This document shows positions 26,021 to 39,280 of a DNA stretch of 64,000 nt, in pieces (the first letter of the stretch is position 1; each line of letters starts with the position of its first letter). Under the pieces are notes generated by a model. The model was not told the DNA's origin. It ran no database searches and saw nothing but the letters and a program-made list of their open reading frames with translations. The position numbers were made by a program, and so were the translations under genes. Source of the DNA: Lama guanicoe (lineage: Eukaryota); NCBI GenBank assembly GCA_013239625.1, contig MU053881.1:434001-498000 (forward strand), given 5' to 3'.

Positions 26021-29000
26021 AAAGAGGTTTTATTTTATTTCCAACTTGTTAGTGTTACTTTTTTAAAAGTGGGTTATTTGGGATTCTAGGAATAATCAGT
26101 ATGGAGAAGAGACTGAAATGGAGCCCCAGGGAGGGTGTCTTTGACTGTCTGAAGGACTGTTGTGTGGAAGAGGAGTTTTCATCGATTCTGGAAGTGTTTC
26201 TTATATTTGGTGGCATTTTACAGTTTATTGACGGGATTTCTTCCCTTCATGATACGTACAGTAATGATGGCATTTTACACAATCAGTGAAATACAGTTTA
26301 TTTATTCAGTGGTACTTCTCCAGAGAAGAGAACGGAGAGTCATGAATTGGCATTTGGGAATCAAGGTTTTAGTTTTAAGAAAGACCGATTTAATGCTTAA
26401 AACTACCTGTGGATAGAACCAGCTACCTAAAAGAGTCAGGAATGTATAGAGAGGGTTCCTATAGTATGCTCAAGATGACCCCTGAGAACTCTTACCTGAA
26501 AGTTCGGTGACTCTCTGGTGTCTGGTGATGTCTTCCTAATAATTTTGCCTCCCTGCTTTTCTGCCTTCCTACATGGAAGAAGAAAGTGGCTTTCTTTCCC
26601 ATGCTGGTCTTTGCTCCTACCGTCTTCTGTTTTTTATGATGTGGAAATCACAGAGATGATCTGATGAGTGCATGTGGGCAGGAGATAGCGTAAGGGAAAA
26701 AAGAAACTGACATTGGGGTGCTGGGCATTGAGCCCCTGCTCTGCTTGTGTGAGGCTGACCAGCTTCCTGCCCAAGGAGTGAAGGAGCAGGGGCTCAGTAG
26801 CCCTTGTTCTTCCTGAGGACAGTCTGCAGGTCAGCGTCGTCCGGGATTATTGAGTGGCCCTAGGATGGCCTGGTGGCTCATACACTGAGCTCCTGGGTGT
26901 CAGCCTCGTGGCGGGAGGGTTAGATTCAGGCATCGGCACAATTTCACGTTAGTCAGTGTCGTGAACCTACTAGGCATCGACTGGATACCGTGGTGCTGGT
27001 GGGGTCGTGAGAACCGCTGCTTTCAAACCGGGGCACCTCCACAGTGACGGAACGTCACCTTCGTTCTCGTGCTCCGCGCCCTGTGTGCCTCCTTCACTCC
27101 CCTGCCTGCTGTCGCTGTCAGGGGCCTGGACTCCTGGCTTGCTTACCCGCGCACCGTCCTTCCACCATCCTGAGCAACTTTGGGATCCATATGGGAAGTG
27201 AACACCCTGAACCTAAAATTCTTCCCTCAGGGCCTTTGACCTTTCTGCCTCGTGAGGACCCTGGACGCCTCGCTCCCTCTGGGCCTCATTATCTCCTGTA
27301 ATTTTTACATCTCTTGAGTCTCAACCCCAGTGTCCTGTTCTCTGTCTGTTGCTTCTTTGCTTTCTCTCCCTCTCCTGTCATTTGGTTTTGTTGAGCCTTC
27401 AGTTCCTCAAGCCCTGTGTTTTCTCCTGATACCTTCCTCCATGCTTGACTCTGTCATTCTGCTTGGATCCCATGAGCCAGGATTTCCGTCGCTTTGATCA
27501 ACAGTTTCATTTGGTCAATAACAAGTGTTTATCATCACGTGACTATCAGTTACCTTTGTGTCCATTTGGCTCCCAAAATGCCCTGAATGTCAAGTTAAGG
27601 AGTTTGAACTTTTTTAGTTGACAGAAGGGACACATCAAAGGCTGTGAACAGAGAAATGACACGACAAATGTGTGTTTAGAAAAAGCCACTGACAAATCTC
27701 AGCAGGAAACTTGTAACAACCTGTCGTCCACGTCTGTCAGAACTGTTGCTGGATTCATTTCATGAAAGAACGCAGCGTATCTTTTTGCCCCCTTGACTTC
27801 TTTAAGGAGTCAGTGAGAGAAGAATGGGTACTAGGTGTGAAGTGAACGTATTGCAGAGAAGCATCTGAGAAGGACTTAAATTTAGTCAGTGGAAGCGAGA
27901 GTGAAGGCCTCGGACCACGAGTGAGCAGATTGACCCGCAGGCACGCGGGGCTCGGCCAGTCTGTGCAGCCTGCCCGAGAGGGAGGTACAGAAACTCTCTG
28001 ACTTACACCTGCCTGTCCCCGCAGCAGCGGCCATTCTAGAACTTAAGGACGTCTTAATCCCTTTCACTTAAAGTATGTGCTGTGCTTTACGCACAAAGAG
28101 GTCATTGAACTCTTCAGGAATAACGGATGTGCAGGCAGCCAGTGTGGGAATACTGCATCCCCAAAATCTTTCTTATGGGAAATTTCCTCAAATGATCTGA
28201 GAGTTCTAACATTCCTTAAAACATTGGCAGCTGATTTGAGCTTAACAAACGAGCTCATCTGTTAAGGCTCGAATCCTGTGCTAAGTAGGGTTTTCCACAG
28301 GAATACTATTTTCTAAAAATAGAAAAAAAAAACAAAACAGGTAAGCTTAGAGTACAAAAGTGAAAAGGCTCACCGTCAGTTCACTTTCCCCTCTTGTGAC
28401 CTGGTGCCTCAGACAGTTCGTTTGCTCTTTTCCGGCGTCTGCCTTTATAGTTAAGGTGCCAGCTGCCCAGCTGAGCTGGGCTTGTCCTGAGAGTCTTCAT
28501 TTCCAGGAGGGGTTCCTGATACGTCCCAGCCACGGGCTCACTGAGCTGCAGCTCGAATCCTCGTGGAGGCCTAGACTGATCAGCAGGTGCCTGAGTGTTC
28601 CCCCAGGTGATGGGAGGAATGAAAGAGAGGAAGCAGGAGTCCCCGAGTTCTGCGGTAGGGGCTTTCTGGCTTCCTCCAGAGAATGCTTTCCTCTACTTTC
28701 TATGAATAGTAGTAACACAAGTAGGATTAGCTCGGGAAACTGTAGCGTTTACTGAGCATCTGCCATGAAGCCTGCAGGTAACACACCATTTTTTGAAAGA
28801 AGAAACAAGTTCAGAGAGGTCAAGTGTCTCGCTGGAATTTGCACCTAGACATTCTGACTTCAGAGCCCAAAGGAGGTTAATTTTGAGGTCAATTTTGTTG
28901 CCTCCTGAAAACTGATTTTGTAGTCAGGATTATAGCAGTATTATTATATTTTTCCATTTATTCTTTTTTCCCAGTTGAAAAAATAGAATATAATGTGTAT

Positions 29001-29199
29001 GTGCAGTAATAATTCTACCTAAGAAAACTGAAAAAGAAGGGAAAAAAATAGAATTGCTAGGTGTGGGGTGGGGAGGGCTGTTGGTTACAGAAAAATTGCC
29101 CACCCAACATTTCTATTTATTTAATGGGAAAAAAGATAAGTAGAAAAATATGTTAATCCTTCTGATTACAGAACCACTTTACAAAAAGGTGAAGAAATT

Positions 29200-30025
29200 A
29201 CAGCATTAGAAAAATCACCATTTTGCAGACACTGCTGTGGTAACCGGGTCAGGTGAGCATTAGCGTATTCCGAGAGCACTGCATGAAAGCTTGTGGGGGA
29301 ACTGGATATTTTGAAAGCATCACCCCACAGATTGCATATTAATTAAAAAGAGAGAAGCATCCGTTTATAGTGGAGGAAAGCGGCAGGTGCCAGGTGAGCC
29401 AAGTGATAAAATGCGCCCCCTCCGATGAAGTGAAAGCCCGGCGCGTGCTTCCTGGCGCAGCGCCGTGGGGGTACACCGCGTCCCCCTCGTCCCATTCCTG
29501 CCAGAAATGTTCCCTTTGGAGACCTGGGCATGAGGAAGCAATCAGACAAATCCAGATTGAGGGACATTTTTAAAACACGTGGCCCGAACTCCTCAGAAAG
29601 GTCAATGTCGTGAACTTACGGAAGTGACTGAGCGACCTGCTGTAGATCGGAGGGGACTAAGAAGACGAGACGGCCAAGCGCAGAGCCCGCAAGGCCTGCC
29701 TGGGCGCTGGGCGCTGGGCTCACCTGAGCAGCTCCGAAAGTCACTTCTCCGGGCAGAGGTGGTCGACTGTGGGCTGTACGTTGCAGAGCAGGGTTGTAGC
29801 AGAGTTCAGTTTCTTGAGCATTACAAATGAATCGTGTCCTTGTTCTTAGGAGATAATGCTGGAGTATTTAAGGAGGAAATGTCATGATGTTTGCAGTTTA
29901 CTCTCAATTGATTCAGAAATACACACGAAAAAGTTAACGTGTTACCAGTTGACAGATCTCAATGAAAAGTGCATGAGTATTCATGTAGTATTGAAACTGT
30001 TCTGAAGGTTTGAAAATTCTCAAAA
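29200..30025 (+). mobile_element. Old L1 3' end (L1MC/ME-like), unusually CpG-rich
   Basis: cattagaaaaatcaccattttgca...catgaggaagcaatcagacaaatccagattgagggacatt...gtccttgttcttaggagata; collinear with the 25320-26020 copy. Confidence 0.65.
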
Positions 30026-30829
30026 GAAGAAAGAACAGAGTTGTTTAGTAGAGTGGCCAGGCTCAAGCAGGGGAAACATAGATTCACATTAAATAACAGT
30101 GGGGGAGGTTTTCAAGAAAATAGGTGAGAGCAGGGATCACAACTAGGTTTTTATGTAATTGTCGTCTCTGGTAAATTCATCCTAGTGGCTGGGCATGTTG
30201 AAATGCATGGGATTCTGGGGCCACATTCATGATTTATTAGGGTTGCTTGTCAAGAGTTTAGGACGTGAGAGTGTTGATGGATGTTCCAAATATTTGTCAT
30301 CTTTCTTTGAATGTTTACATCATTACAGTCTAAATAGTTCTCAACTCTTTTATCAGTCGCTTACTGATCTAACCCTAATTTTATCCTGAGCTTGTATTTT
30401 CTCTGATATTAATAGCCCCCACCTCTGCCCCAGACGCAGGACCGCAGCTTCACAAATCTTTAAAAGTCAAGTGTCTGGGGCATCCTTAAATCGGGGTCTT
30501 TGAACCCAGGTCTGCTTTATGGAGGGAAAATGAGGAAGTCGGTGAACCTCTCCTGAAGTTGGGGTGGGGAGGGCGTTCTTCTAGGAGGGAGAATCTGGTT
30601 AAGCGCTTACGACCTTAGTGCCTTTGCTAGTATGCTGATGACCTGCTGTAATTAATGTCCATTTTGTTTGACCATCAGTGTCTCCATCTCCTTTACTGTC
30701 GCTCTTCCCAGGCTCCTCCTTTGTACTAGTGTCACGAGACCCCCTGTGTCTGGCTTCTCTCTCTAGTCCCTCTAAGATTCTTCTTTGCCCCTTGAGGGTA
30801 GATGCAGTTTTCATGTAATCGAGATTGGG

Positions 30830-31685
30830 TGTAAGGGAACAGCCCTCCTGTGTGCGTCTCCTTTAACTACTCACACAGAAACCTTCACCTCTGACACTTC
30901 TGGTCTCTAAGTGTGTGTGGGGTCTTCCCTACACCAAGCAGTTCTCAGCAACGCTAGAACACTAGCTGGGTGTCCTGCAATTCAGTTTGATTCTGACACT
31001 GTCTTCGTGGGGTTAGCATCAGATCCCACAAGCGAAGGGCTCAGTCCCCAAGACTCTCCCCCTCCCCCACCACTTCAGAAGCCAGTTGCAAGTCACAGGT
31101 TGTCACCTGTAGTTCTGACGCATGAGCTGTAAGTTGAGGTTCCCACATCCTCCTCCTCCGGTTCAAAAATTCATTAGAGTGGCTCACAGAACTGAGGGGG
31201 AAACTTAACATTTACTGGTTTATTATAAAGGATATAAAAGAATACAGATGAGGAGCTGCATAGGGCGGAGTGTGTGAGAAGGGGCTCTCTGGCATGCTGC
31301 CCTCCCACCCCCTTACTTTTGGGATTTTTATGCAGGCTTCATGTAGGTACCATCGATCCTTAACTCAGTCTCCGCCCTCTCCCCTCCCCGGGGGACTGGC
31401 AGATGGGGCTGACAGCTCCAAGCTTCTCATCATGGCTTAGTCATGCCAGACCCCATCCTGAAGCTACCCAGGAGTCCACCAAGATTCAGCTCACTGGAAC
31501 AAAAGGCACTCTTGTCACCCAGGGAATCCCAAGGGACTTAGGAGCTCTGAGTCGGGAACCAGGGGCAAAGACCTGATATTAGAACAAGATGTGCTCCCAG
31601 TGCTGTCACTTCGGAAATTGCAAAGATTTTAGGAACTTTGTCCCAAGAACCAAGGACGGAAACCTATATCTTTTCTAATTTCGCA
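30830..31685 (-). mobile_element. ERV solo LTR (MER21-like)
   Basis: TG...CA ends; ctgacacttctgg, agctgggtgtcctgcaattcagtttgattctgacact, gcatcagatcccaca, tggctcacagaact; orientation from the recalled MER21 consensus. Confidence 0.75.
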
Positions 31686-31953
31686 GCGGGTAATTTTCTA
31701 CTCTCTTTGAAAGGTGAACGTTAAGGAGCCTCTATGTTAACATATGCTCAATAAATATTGAAGGGATGATTGAAATAATTAAATGCTTCTTTCCCACACA
31801 GCGTTCCCTTTGAGATTAGGTGGCGCTCGTTTAGTGTTGTTTGAATGAATGAATTGCGTGGACTGGTTCCCTTGGCTACCTGTGCAGCTTTCCCAGCTCC
31901 TCTTCCAGCTTGAGTCTTCGAGAGGGAACCTCAGAGCTGATTTCTAAAACTGT

Positions 31954-32048
31954 CTGTACCTGGTGTGATTATAAAGCAACGAGACTGATTGTCATGTGTC
32001 GTTTGTGGGATCCGTCTCAGTTACTTTATAGCCATACCTCGTATCTTA
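31954..32048 (+). ncRNA. MIR340: pre-miR-340 hairpin; 5p arm 31969-31990, 3p arm 32011-32032
   Basis: 5p ttataaagcaacgagactgatt and 3p tccgtctcagttactttatagc are complementary arms matching recalled miR-340; miR-340 is known to be intronic in RNF130, same strand. Confidence 0.96.
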
Positions 32049-33726
32049 TACCGCAGATCACTGCCTGTTGAACAACATTTTAAAAGCACAAACTTGAGGT
32101 TTCTAAATGGAAATTTAAAATGGTTTAGCATTGTTTTATGGTTTTTTCCTAACTTACTGGTCAGAACACTTATATCTGAAAGATAAATAGATGTTAACTT
32201 TGTTGCTTCCTTTTAATTTTGCAGTTTTCTTTGTTTTTGGATTTTTAATCAGTATTCTGATAAATTGCCAATAAATGGCAGTTTTGAATAAGATTATACA
32301 AAGGTATATGTTCCATTGGGTTAAAGTTTTCGTAAAACTTTTAATAATTAAATTTCTTTTCAATTGCATGTGGTCTTTTGATTGCACATTGTATGAGGAC
32401 AGTCCTTTTAGTTAAATACAATAAATGAAACATAAATCAAATATTTAGTAATATTTATTCATTGAAGAAGTCTTTGATAGGACAAGTTTTGGCAGTTTTG
32501 TTCTGTTTTGGTGTTTTACATTTATATGTACAAACTTTATTCAAATGTAAATAAGTGATTATAATTTTTTCTTTCCCCAAATAAAGTTTCTCCTCCTTCC
32601 TCTGACCCTCAGAGTCTTAGGGGCTCTTTGAAGAAGGTGGTTGTCAAAAGTTGTATGTTGCCACAGGCAGCTGCACCTTCCGAAAGGGCAATCGCTGACA
32701 GCTAGATGGGTCTAGAAAGGCTTCTCTTTTTGCTTAAAAGAAAATGGGAAATTATTCCCTTTGTACAAGGGGAAAGGGTTAGAAATTTCATGCTGTGCAT
32801 AAGAGAGAGAGTCGCTTGCCTTTGCTGTATTACTGCTTCTGGAAATTATGTAAGTGGAAGAATCAGGGGGAGAACAATTTACAGACATTCTTACAATTCA
32901 TTTAAGTGGTGAGTGGCTGTCAGAGAACCTCTGGACAGCTGTCAGACTCAGGCGTGACCAGTCCAGAACGTGAGGCTTGGGCATGTCTCAGGAGGGGTTT
33001 AATTTCCAGAAGCGTTCTGGGGTAAACTGGAAAGGAACCTTCCTCCAGTCTGGTCTACACATAGGACCAAAGTCAGTTTCAACTATTGGTGATTAAAGAC
33101 GCCACAGCTTGGCACTTTGCTGTTACAGCTCTCTTATCAGATTTGTGTCCGAAGTCAACGATACTGTGAAACTGTATACTTTGTACCCCTTTCTATTCCT
33201 TGCACAAGCTCTGCACACAATAGGTGCTCCATGAATGTTTGTAAGATTAATGCAAAAAGTACCAAATTTTGTACTACAAATAAGTGTTTTTCTCTTTTTC
33301 ATAAGGAGTTGGGACTCACTAAAGAACATTTTAAGACGGAAAAGGCTTTACTGTGAAAACCTGCCATGATTTTATCATATTTCTATTGCTGTATAATACA
33401 GTGTTGTGTGCTGTCTTTTATCACATTTGGCTGATTAATAATCCGTTTTTTTAAATATAGTTGTAAGACAAATTAACACAGCTCTTAACACGGCAGTCAT
33501 TTCATGCTTTTAGTGTGTTTAAGTCCTAAGTAGTACACAGCAGATTTCTGTCCCCACTTGGTGCCAGCGTACCCAGTTGCAGCTCCATTGCATTTGAAAC
33601 GTTGAACCTGCAAACCCTTGTCGGTAGCAAACACTGCAGAAGTTTTTCTAAGTAGCGCTTATGTATATCTGATGTTTTGTAAGTTGTAAATGTCACTTGA
33701 GTATGTATATTTATTTTACGTTACAG

Positions 33727-33977
33727 GCACTGGAGATATTATTGCTGTCATGATTACAGAATTGAGGGGTAAGGATATTTTGAGTTATCTGGAGAAAAAC
33801 ATCTCTGTACAAATGACAATAGCTGTTGGAACCCGAATGCCGCCAAAGAACTTCAGCCGTGGCTCTCTGGTCTTCGTGTCAATATCCTTTATTGTTTTGA
33901 TGATTATTTCTTCAGCCTGGCTTATATTCTACTTCATTCAGAAGATCAGGTACACGAACGCTCGGGACAGGAACCAG
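33727..33977 (+). CDS. RNF130: RNF130 internal coding exon (probably exon 3; end of PA domain plus TM helix), 251 nt, phase 1-0
   Basis: Encodes (G)[83 protein letters not shown]; acceptor ttttacgttacag, donor CAG|gtgagc. Confidence 0.97.
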
Positions 33978-35049
33978 GTGAGCTCCAAGTACTCTGCAGT
34001 GACTGCTGCTTAGAACAGGCGTCACACTCACACTGCACAGACGTGCTTTCATTTAAGAAAAGCTGTGACCCTTATTTTACTGTATTGAAAACGTACCTAC
34101 GTAAGTAATTTTAAGGATATTTTAAAAGCCTAAGTGGAGAAATGGTTCGGTTTATGGTGATCACTTGGAATATTCTAGGTAAATGTCTAACTTAATACCA
34201 TAATGTGATCTAGCTAATGGCAGTAACTTGAAGAAATATGACAAAGTTGCATTTTTTAGCTGGTAACATTTGTAAGTGACGGGGGAGTTGGGAGGGTCGG
34301 GGAGGGAGATTTTTCACTGTATACCTTTTTGTTTCATGTGAAAAATTTTCCCCATGTGAATTTTAAACTGTGTATTATCAATTCAGAAAAAAAATTATTT
34401 AAAAATAAATTATCTGTCCTATTTTAGGCTTAGCCATGGGGTGATGAGGAGGTAGGAAAGAACCAATAGAAGACATACATCTAGATGGTCATCCTAGAAA
34501 TTCCATTGACCAGCACAGCCTGATACTAGGCGAATATCACACAGGACACAGGAATAAAGGCACAGGAAGGACAGCGTGCTGCCCTGGGGTAGAGGCCTCA
34601 CGGACAGTGTTTCGGTCAGTCTGTTACTTTGTTTGATGGGCTGCAGACCCAGTATCCACCCTAGAGCCAGGGGTGAGGTGTTGGGTCCGTCCCAGTCCTA
34701 GGCTTCTCTCCTAGGGCCCTACGGAGTGAATTTCTTAGTGGTTTGAAGCCAATTTTTATGTAACACCATCCTCACCTCAAACAGTACATCCAGCTCCGTG
34801 GGGATGGGGGATGGAGCATAAATATTCATTCTTCCTCCATCTAGTGAAAGGAACACAGACTCTGGTATGGAACACGTCTGAATTCAGATCCTGACCTCAG
34901 CACCAATTTGCCGTAGTCCCTCTTGAACAGTTTTTTTAGTGTCTCAGCTTGTTTCTTCATCTGATAATAGAGTTAAAAAAAAAATCTGAAGGCTATAATT
35001 TATTGAGCATTTATGTACCAGGCTCTTTGCAGCATCCTTTACTTCTTTA

Positions 35050-38000
35050 AAAATTTTTTATTATGATAATTTTTATTATTTATAATTTCAGACTTAACAG
35101 AAAGTTGCAATAATAATATGAAATACTCCCTTGCCCAGATTCTCCAGCTGTTAACATTTCACCATATTCCCTTTTCTGTGTGTATAGACTGTTTTGTAAC
35201 TGTTTGAGAATAAGTTTGAAATAAGATGGTAATTCCCTTGAGATCCATCTAAATACTTCATTGTGTATTTTCTAAAAGCAAGACATGCTCTTACATAACC
35301 ACAGTATGATTATCAAAATAATGAAATTAGCATTAACACCATTATCTGATCTCCAGACCTTTTCTAAGTGTTTAAAATTGTCTTCATAATGTCCTTTATT
35401 GCAGAGGAAACCCTGGATTGATCCAGTCAAATCGTATGTTGCATTCAGTTGTCTGATGTCTTTTAATCTGTTCCATAACATTGTCATTTTTGGAGAGTGC
35501 AGGCTGGTTGTTTTAGATTTGAGTTTGTCTGATGTCTGATGTTCCTTCATGAATAAATCGGGGTTATATGCATTTTTGTCAGGAACACCAGTCCTTTATG
35601 TATGCTTAATTATTTACTTTGAGATAATTGTAAATTCATGTGCATTTGTAGGAAATAATACAAGGAAATCCCATATACGCTTCACCCCTTTTCCCCTCAG
35701 TGGTAAAATCTGGAATAACTATAGTAAATATCACAGCCAGGATATCAGCGTTGATGCAGTCCACTGGTCTTACTCAGGTTTCCCCAGTTAAACTTGTACT
35801 GGTGTGTTGAGAATAGTTGTGTGTGGTTGCAGGTGACCACCACCACTGTCAACACACAGAGCAGTTCTCACAAGGATCCCTTGTGCAGATCCCTTTGTAG
35901 TCACAGCCACCTTTCTCTTACATCCCTACTCCTCACTGCACTGAGCTGTTCCCCACTTGATCGTTTTATTGTTTAAAGAATTCTATATACAGGGGATCCT
36001 ACGGTACTTAACCTCTAGAGTTTGGATTTCTTCACCTAACATGATTCCCTTGAGAACCTTCCAAGTCGTTAGGTCTGTCGATAGTTTATTCCTTTTTACT
36101 GCTGACTAATATTCTGTGGCTTGGATGTACCATAATTTGGTTAACCAAATTATATCCAGTTTTTGGCTATTATAAATAAAGTGACCATGAACATTCGTGT
36201 ACAGGTTTTTGTGTATACATTAGTTTTCATTTTCCTGATATAAATATTCTAGAGTGCAGTTTCTGGATTATTATGATAAGCGCATACTTAATTTTGTAAA
36301 ACACTGCCATACTCTTTTCCCAAGTGGCTATGCTGTTCTCCATTCCTGGTGGAAACGTTTCCCTGATAGAGTTCCTCTGCATCCTTGACAGCATTTGGTG
36401 TTGTCACTGTTTTTCATTTTAGCCATTCTGATAGGCCTATAGTAATACCTCTTTTGTGATTTTTGATTTGCCGTTCTTTAATGGCTATGGGCGTTTACCG
36501 TCTTTCGTGTGCTAAATGCCACCTCTTCAGTGAAATGTTCATTCGTGTCTTTTGCCCACTTTCTACTGGGTTGTTTGTTTTTTGCTTTTGAGTTTAAGAA
36601 CTCTTTATACATTCTAAATACAAGTCTTTAGTCAGAATTGTGGTTTGCAAATATTTTCTCCTAGTTCATCCCAGGGACTCTGGAAGAGCAGAAGAATTCC
36701 TTAGTTTTGATAAAGTTTCATTCATCAGCTTTTCCTTTTAAGTATTGTGTGCTTTTGCTGTCAAGTCTCTTTGCCTAGCCCTAGATCATAAAGATTTTCT
36801 AATTTTTTTCTGAAAGTCTTACATTTTACAATTACGTCCATGATCCATTTTGAATTAATATTTGCATGAAGTGTGAGGTTTAGTTTGTGACTCACTTTTC
36901 GGCTTATGTTTGTCCAGTATTGCACCTTTGTCAGAACTCAGGCATGTCTGTGTGGGCACGTGTCTGGGTTTTCTGTTCTATCCCGCTGATCTCTGTGTCT
37001 GTGCCTCTGTCCACACCACACTGTCTTGATTATTGGCTATATGCTATGCCTTAGTATTGGGTAGAGTGATTCCTCCCATTTTATTCTTTTTTTTTCAAGA
37101 TTATTTTATCTATTCTAGGTCCTAGAGTCTTTTCATACAAATTTTAAAATAAGCTGTGTCTCTCCCCCACCCCCCCCAAAAGAAAAGAAAAAACCCACTT
37201 GCTGGGATTTTGATGTGAATACATTAAATCTATTGATCAGTTTGGGGAGAATTGATATATTTACCATATTGAATCTTCCAGTTCATGAACTCTGAATGTT
37301 TTTCCATTTGTGTAGGTCTTTTTTAATTTCTTGCATCAGCATTTTATAGTTTTCAGCATACAGACTCTGCACATGTTTTGTTAAGTTTATACCTAACAAT
37401 TTTGTTTTGTTTGAAATGACTAAATAGTAATGTTATGGTAAATGGACTGTAAATGTGTTTTTAATTTCAGGTTTCACCTGTTCACTTTAGAGTATCAAAA
37501 TATGGTTGGATTTTGTATTCTGCCACCTTGGTAAACTCATTTATTATTGTAAATTGCTTAGGATTTTCTGTATAGACAATCATGTTATCTGCAAATAGTG
37601 ACCATTTTATTTCTTCCTTTCCAATCTCAGTGCCTTATTTCTTTTTCTTGCCTTATTGAAGTGGCTAGAACTTCCAGTACTATGTTGAATAGTAAGAGTG
37701 GGCGTCCTTGGCCTGTGCCCAGTCTTAGAGGAGAGGACTCAATCTTTCATTGTCAAGTATGTTGTTAACTGTCACATTCTGTAGATGTTTATTGCCAAGT
37801 TCAGGAACGTTCTATTTCTCGTTTGCTGAGAATTTTTCTCAGAAACGGGTGCTGGATTTTGTCAAATGCTTTTTATGCGTCAGTTGATGTGACCATATGA
37901 TTTTTTGTTTTCTTCTTCAGCCTGTGGTGGATTGCATTCATTGATTTTTGAATGTTGAGCCAGACTTGCATACCTGGAATAAACTACACTTAGCCTAGTC

Positions 38001-39280
38001 TTGTATATCTGGAATAAATCCCACTCGGTCATGGCGTATAATTTTTTGCGCATTGCTGGATTCAGTTGGCTACTACTTTGTTGAGGATTTTTATGTCTCA
38101 GTTCATGAGAGATACTACTCTGTAGTTTTGAGAGAGTTGCAAGAACTTAATTTCTTTCATGGTTAAAAGACTTCATATTGTCTGTTTCATCTTTATTGAA
38201 TTTTGGTTATTTGTGGGTTTTGAGTAATTGGCCTGGTTTTTAGATGTTGTCATATTTATGAACATAAATTTGTTCATAGGATTTCCTTGTTCTTTAAATG
38301 CCTGCAGTGTCGGTGGTGATATTGCCTGTTCATTCCTGATTTTAATCATGCGTATCTTTTTATCTTTGTAAGTCTTCCTAGAAATTTCTCAATTTTATTA
38401 ATTTTTTAAAAATGCAAGCTCTTTAAAAATTTCACTTCTTAAAGATAGGAACTTAGATTACTTTTCTCTTTCTAATGTAAGAGTTTATTGCCATTTCTCT
38501 CTCAGCACTACTTTAACTGTGTCCCGTCCACTTGGATGCCCTGTATTTTCATTTTCATTCAGCTGTATGTATTTTCTTCCTCTGAGATGCATGTGGTATT
38601 TCGAAGCGTGTTGTTTAGTTTCTACTTGTTTGGAGATTTTGCTGTTGTCTTAGTGTTGCTGATTTGTAGTTAGATTCTGCTGTGATCAGAGAGATACTCT
38701 GTATGATTTCAGTTCTTTTAGATTTGTTGAGACTTATTTCATGACCTAGGATCTGGTCTGTCTTGGTGAATGTTTTATAGGTGCCTGGGGAAAATGTGTA
38801 TTCTGCTGTTGGGTGGAGTGTTTTATAGATAGATGTCAGATCAGTGCACTCAGCTTGCTTCTGAGGTGGGGGAGTGAAGGTCACTTTCCCAGTGGGCCTT
38901 GCTGAAACCATCGTGGGAGGAGGGGTGCAGTTTTCCCATTGGCATTTGGCTAGAGTAGGAAGGTTGCAGCGCACTCTCCCTGGCCCTTCGGCTAGGGGAA
39001 GCAGGCTGTGTGTGTGTCGGCATGGGGGAGATGGCGGGGTGCTGTTCCTCTTGGCTGTTGCAGATTGGAGGCTTCTGCAGCACCTTGTCTGGGATATGTG
39101 AGCGGCCGGGGAGCTCACCTCTAGGCGTTCAAGTCTCAGAGTCCCTGGGCAGCCCACCTCGTCTTTCTACCTTTCGGAGACGCCCTGTGCTCGTCTGTTG
39201 CGTTATATCCAGGGCTTTTCTGGATGTGAGCTAGAGGAAGTGGCAGGAGTGGGGCTACTCCATCATGGCCGAGCTGAGAG
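35050..39280 (-). mobile_element. Old L1 block (L1MC-like 3' end, degraded ORF2, GC-rich 5'-type region)
   Basis: Minus-strand L1 3' UTRs at 35050-36000; ORF2 DNA to about 38830 (ORF 38615-39157 ends in endonuclease-like DLTSIYKTLHPTAEYTFSPGTYKTFTKTDQILGH). Confidence 0.8.
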
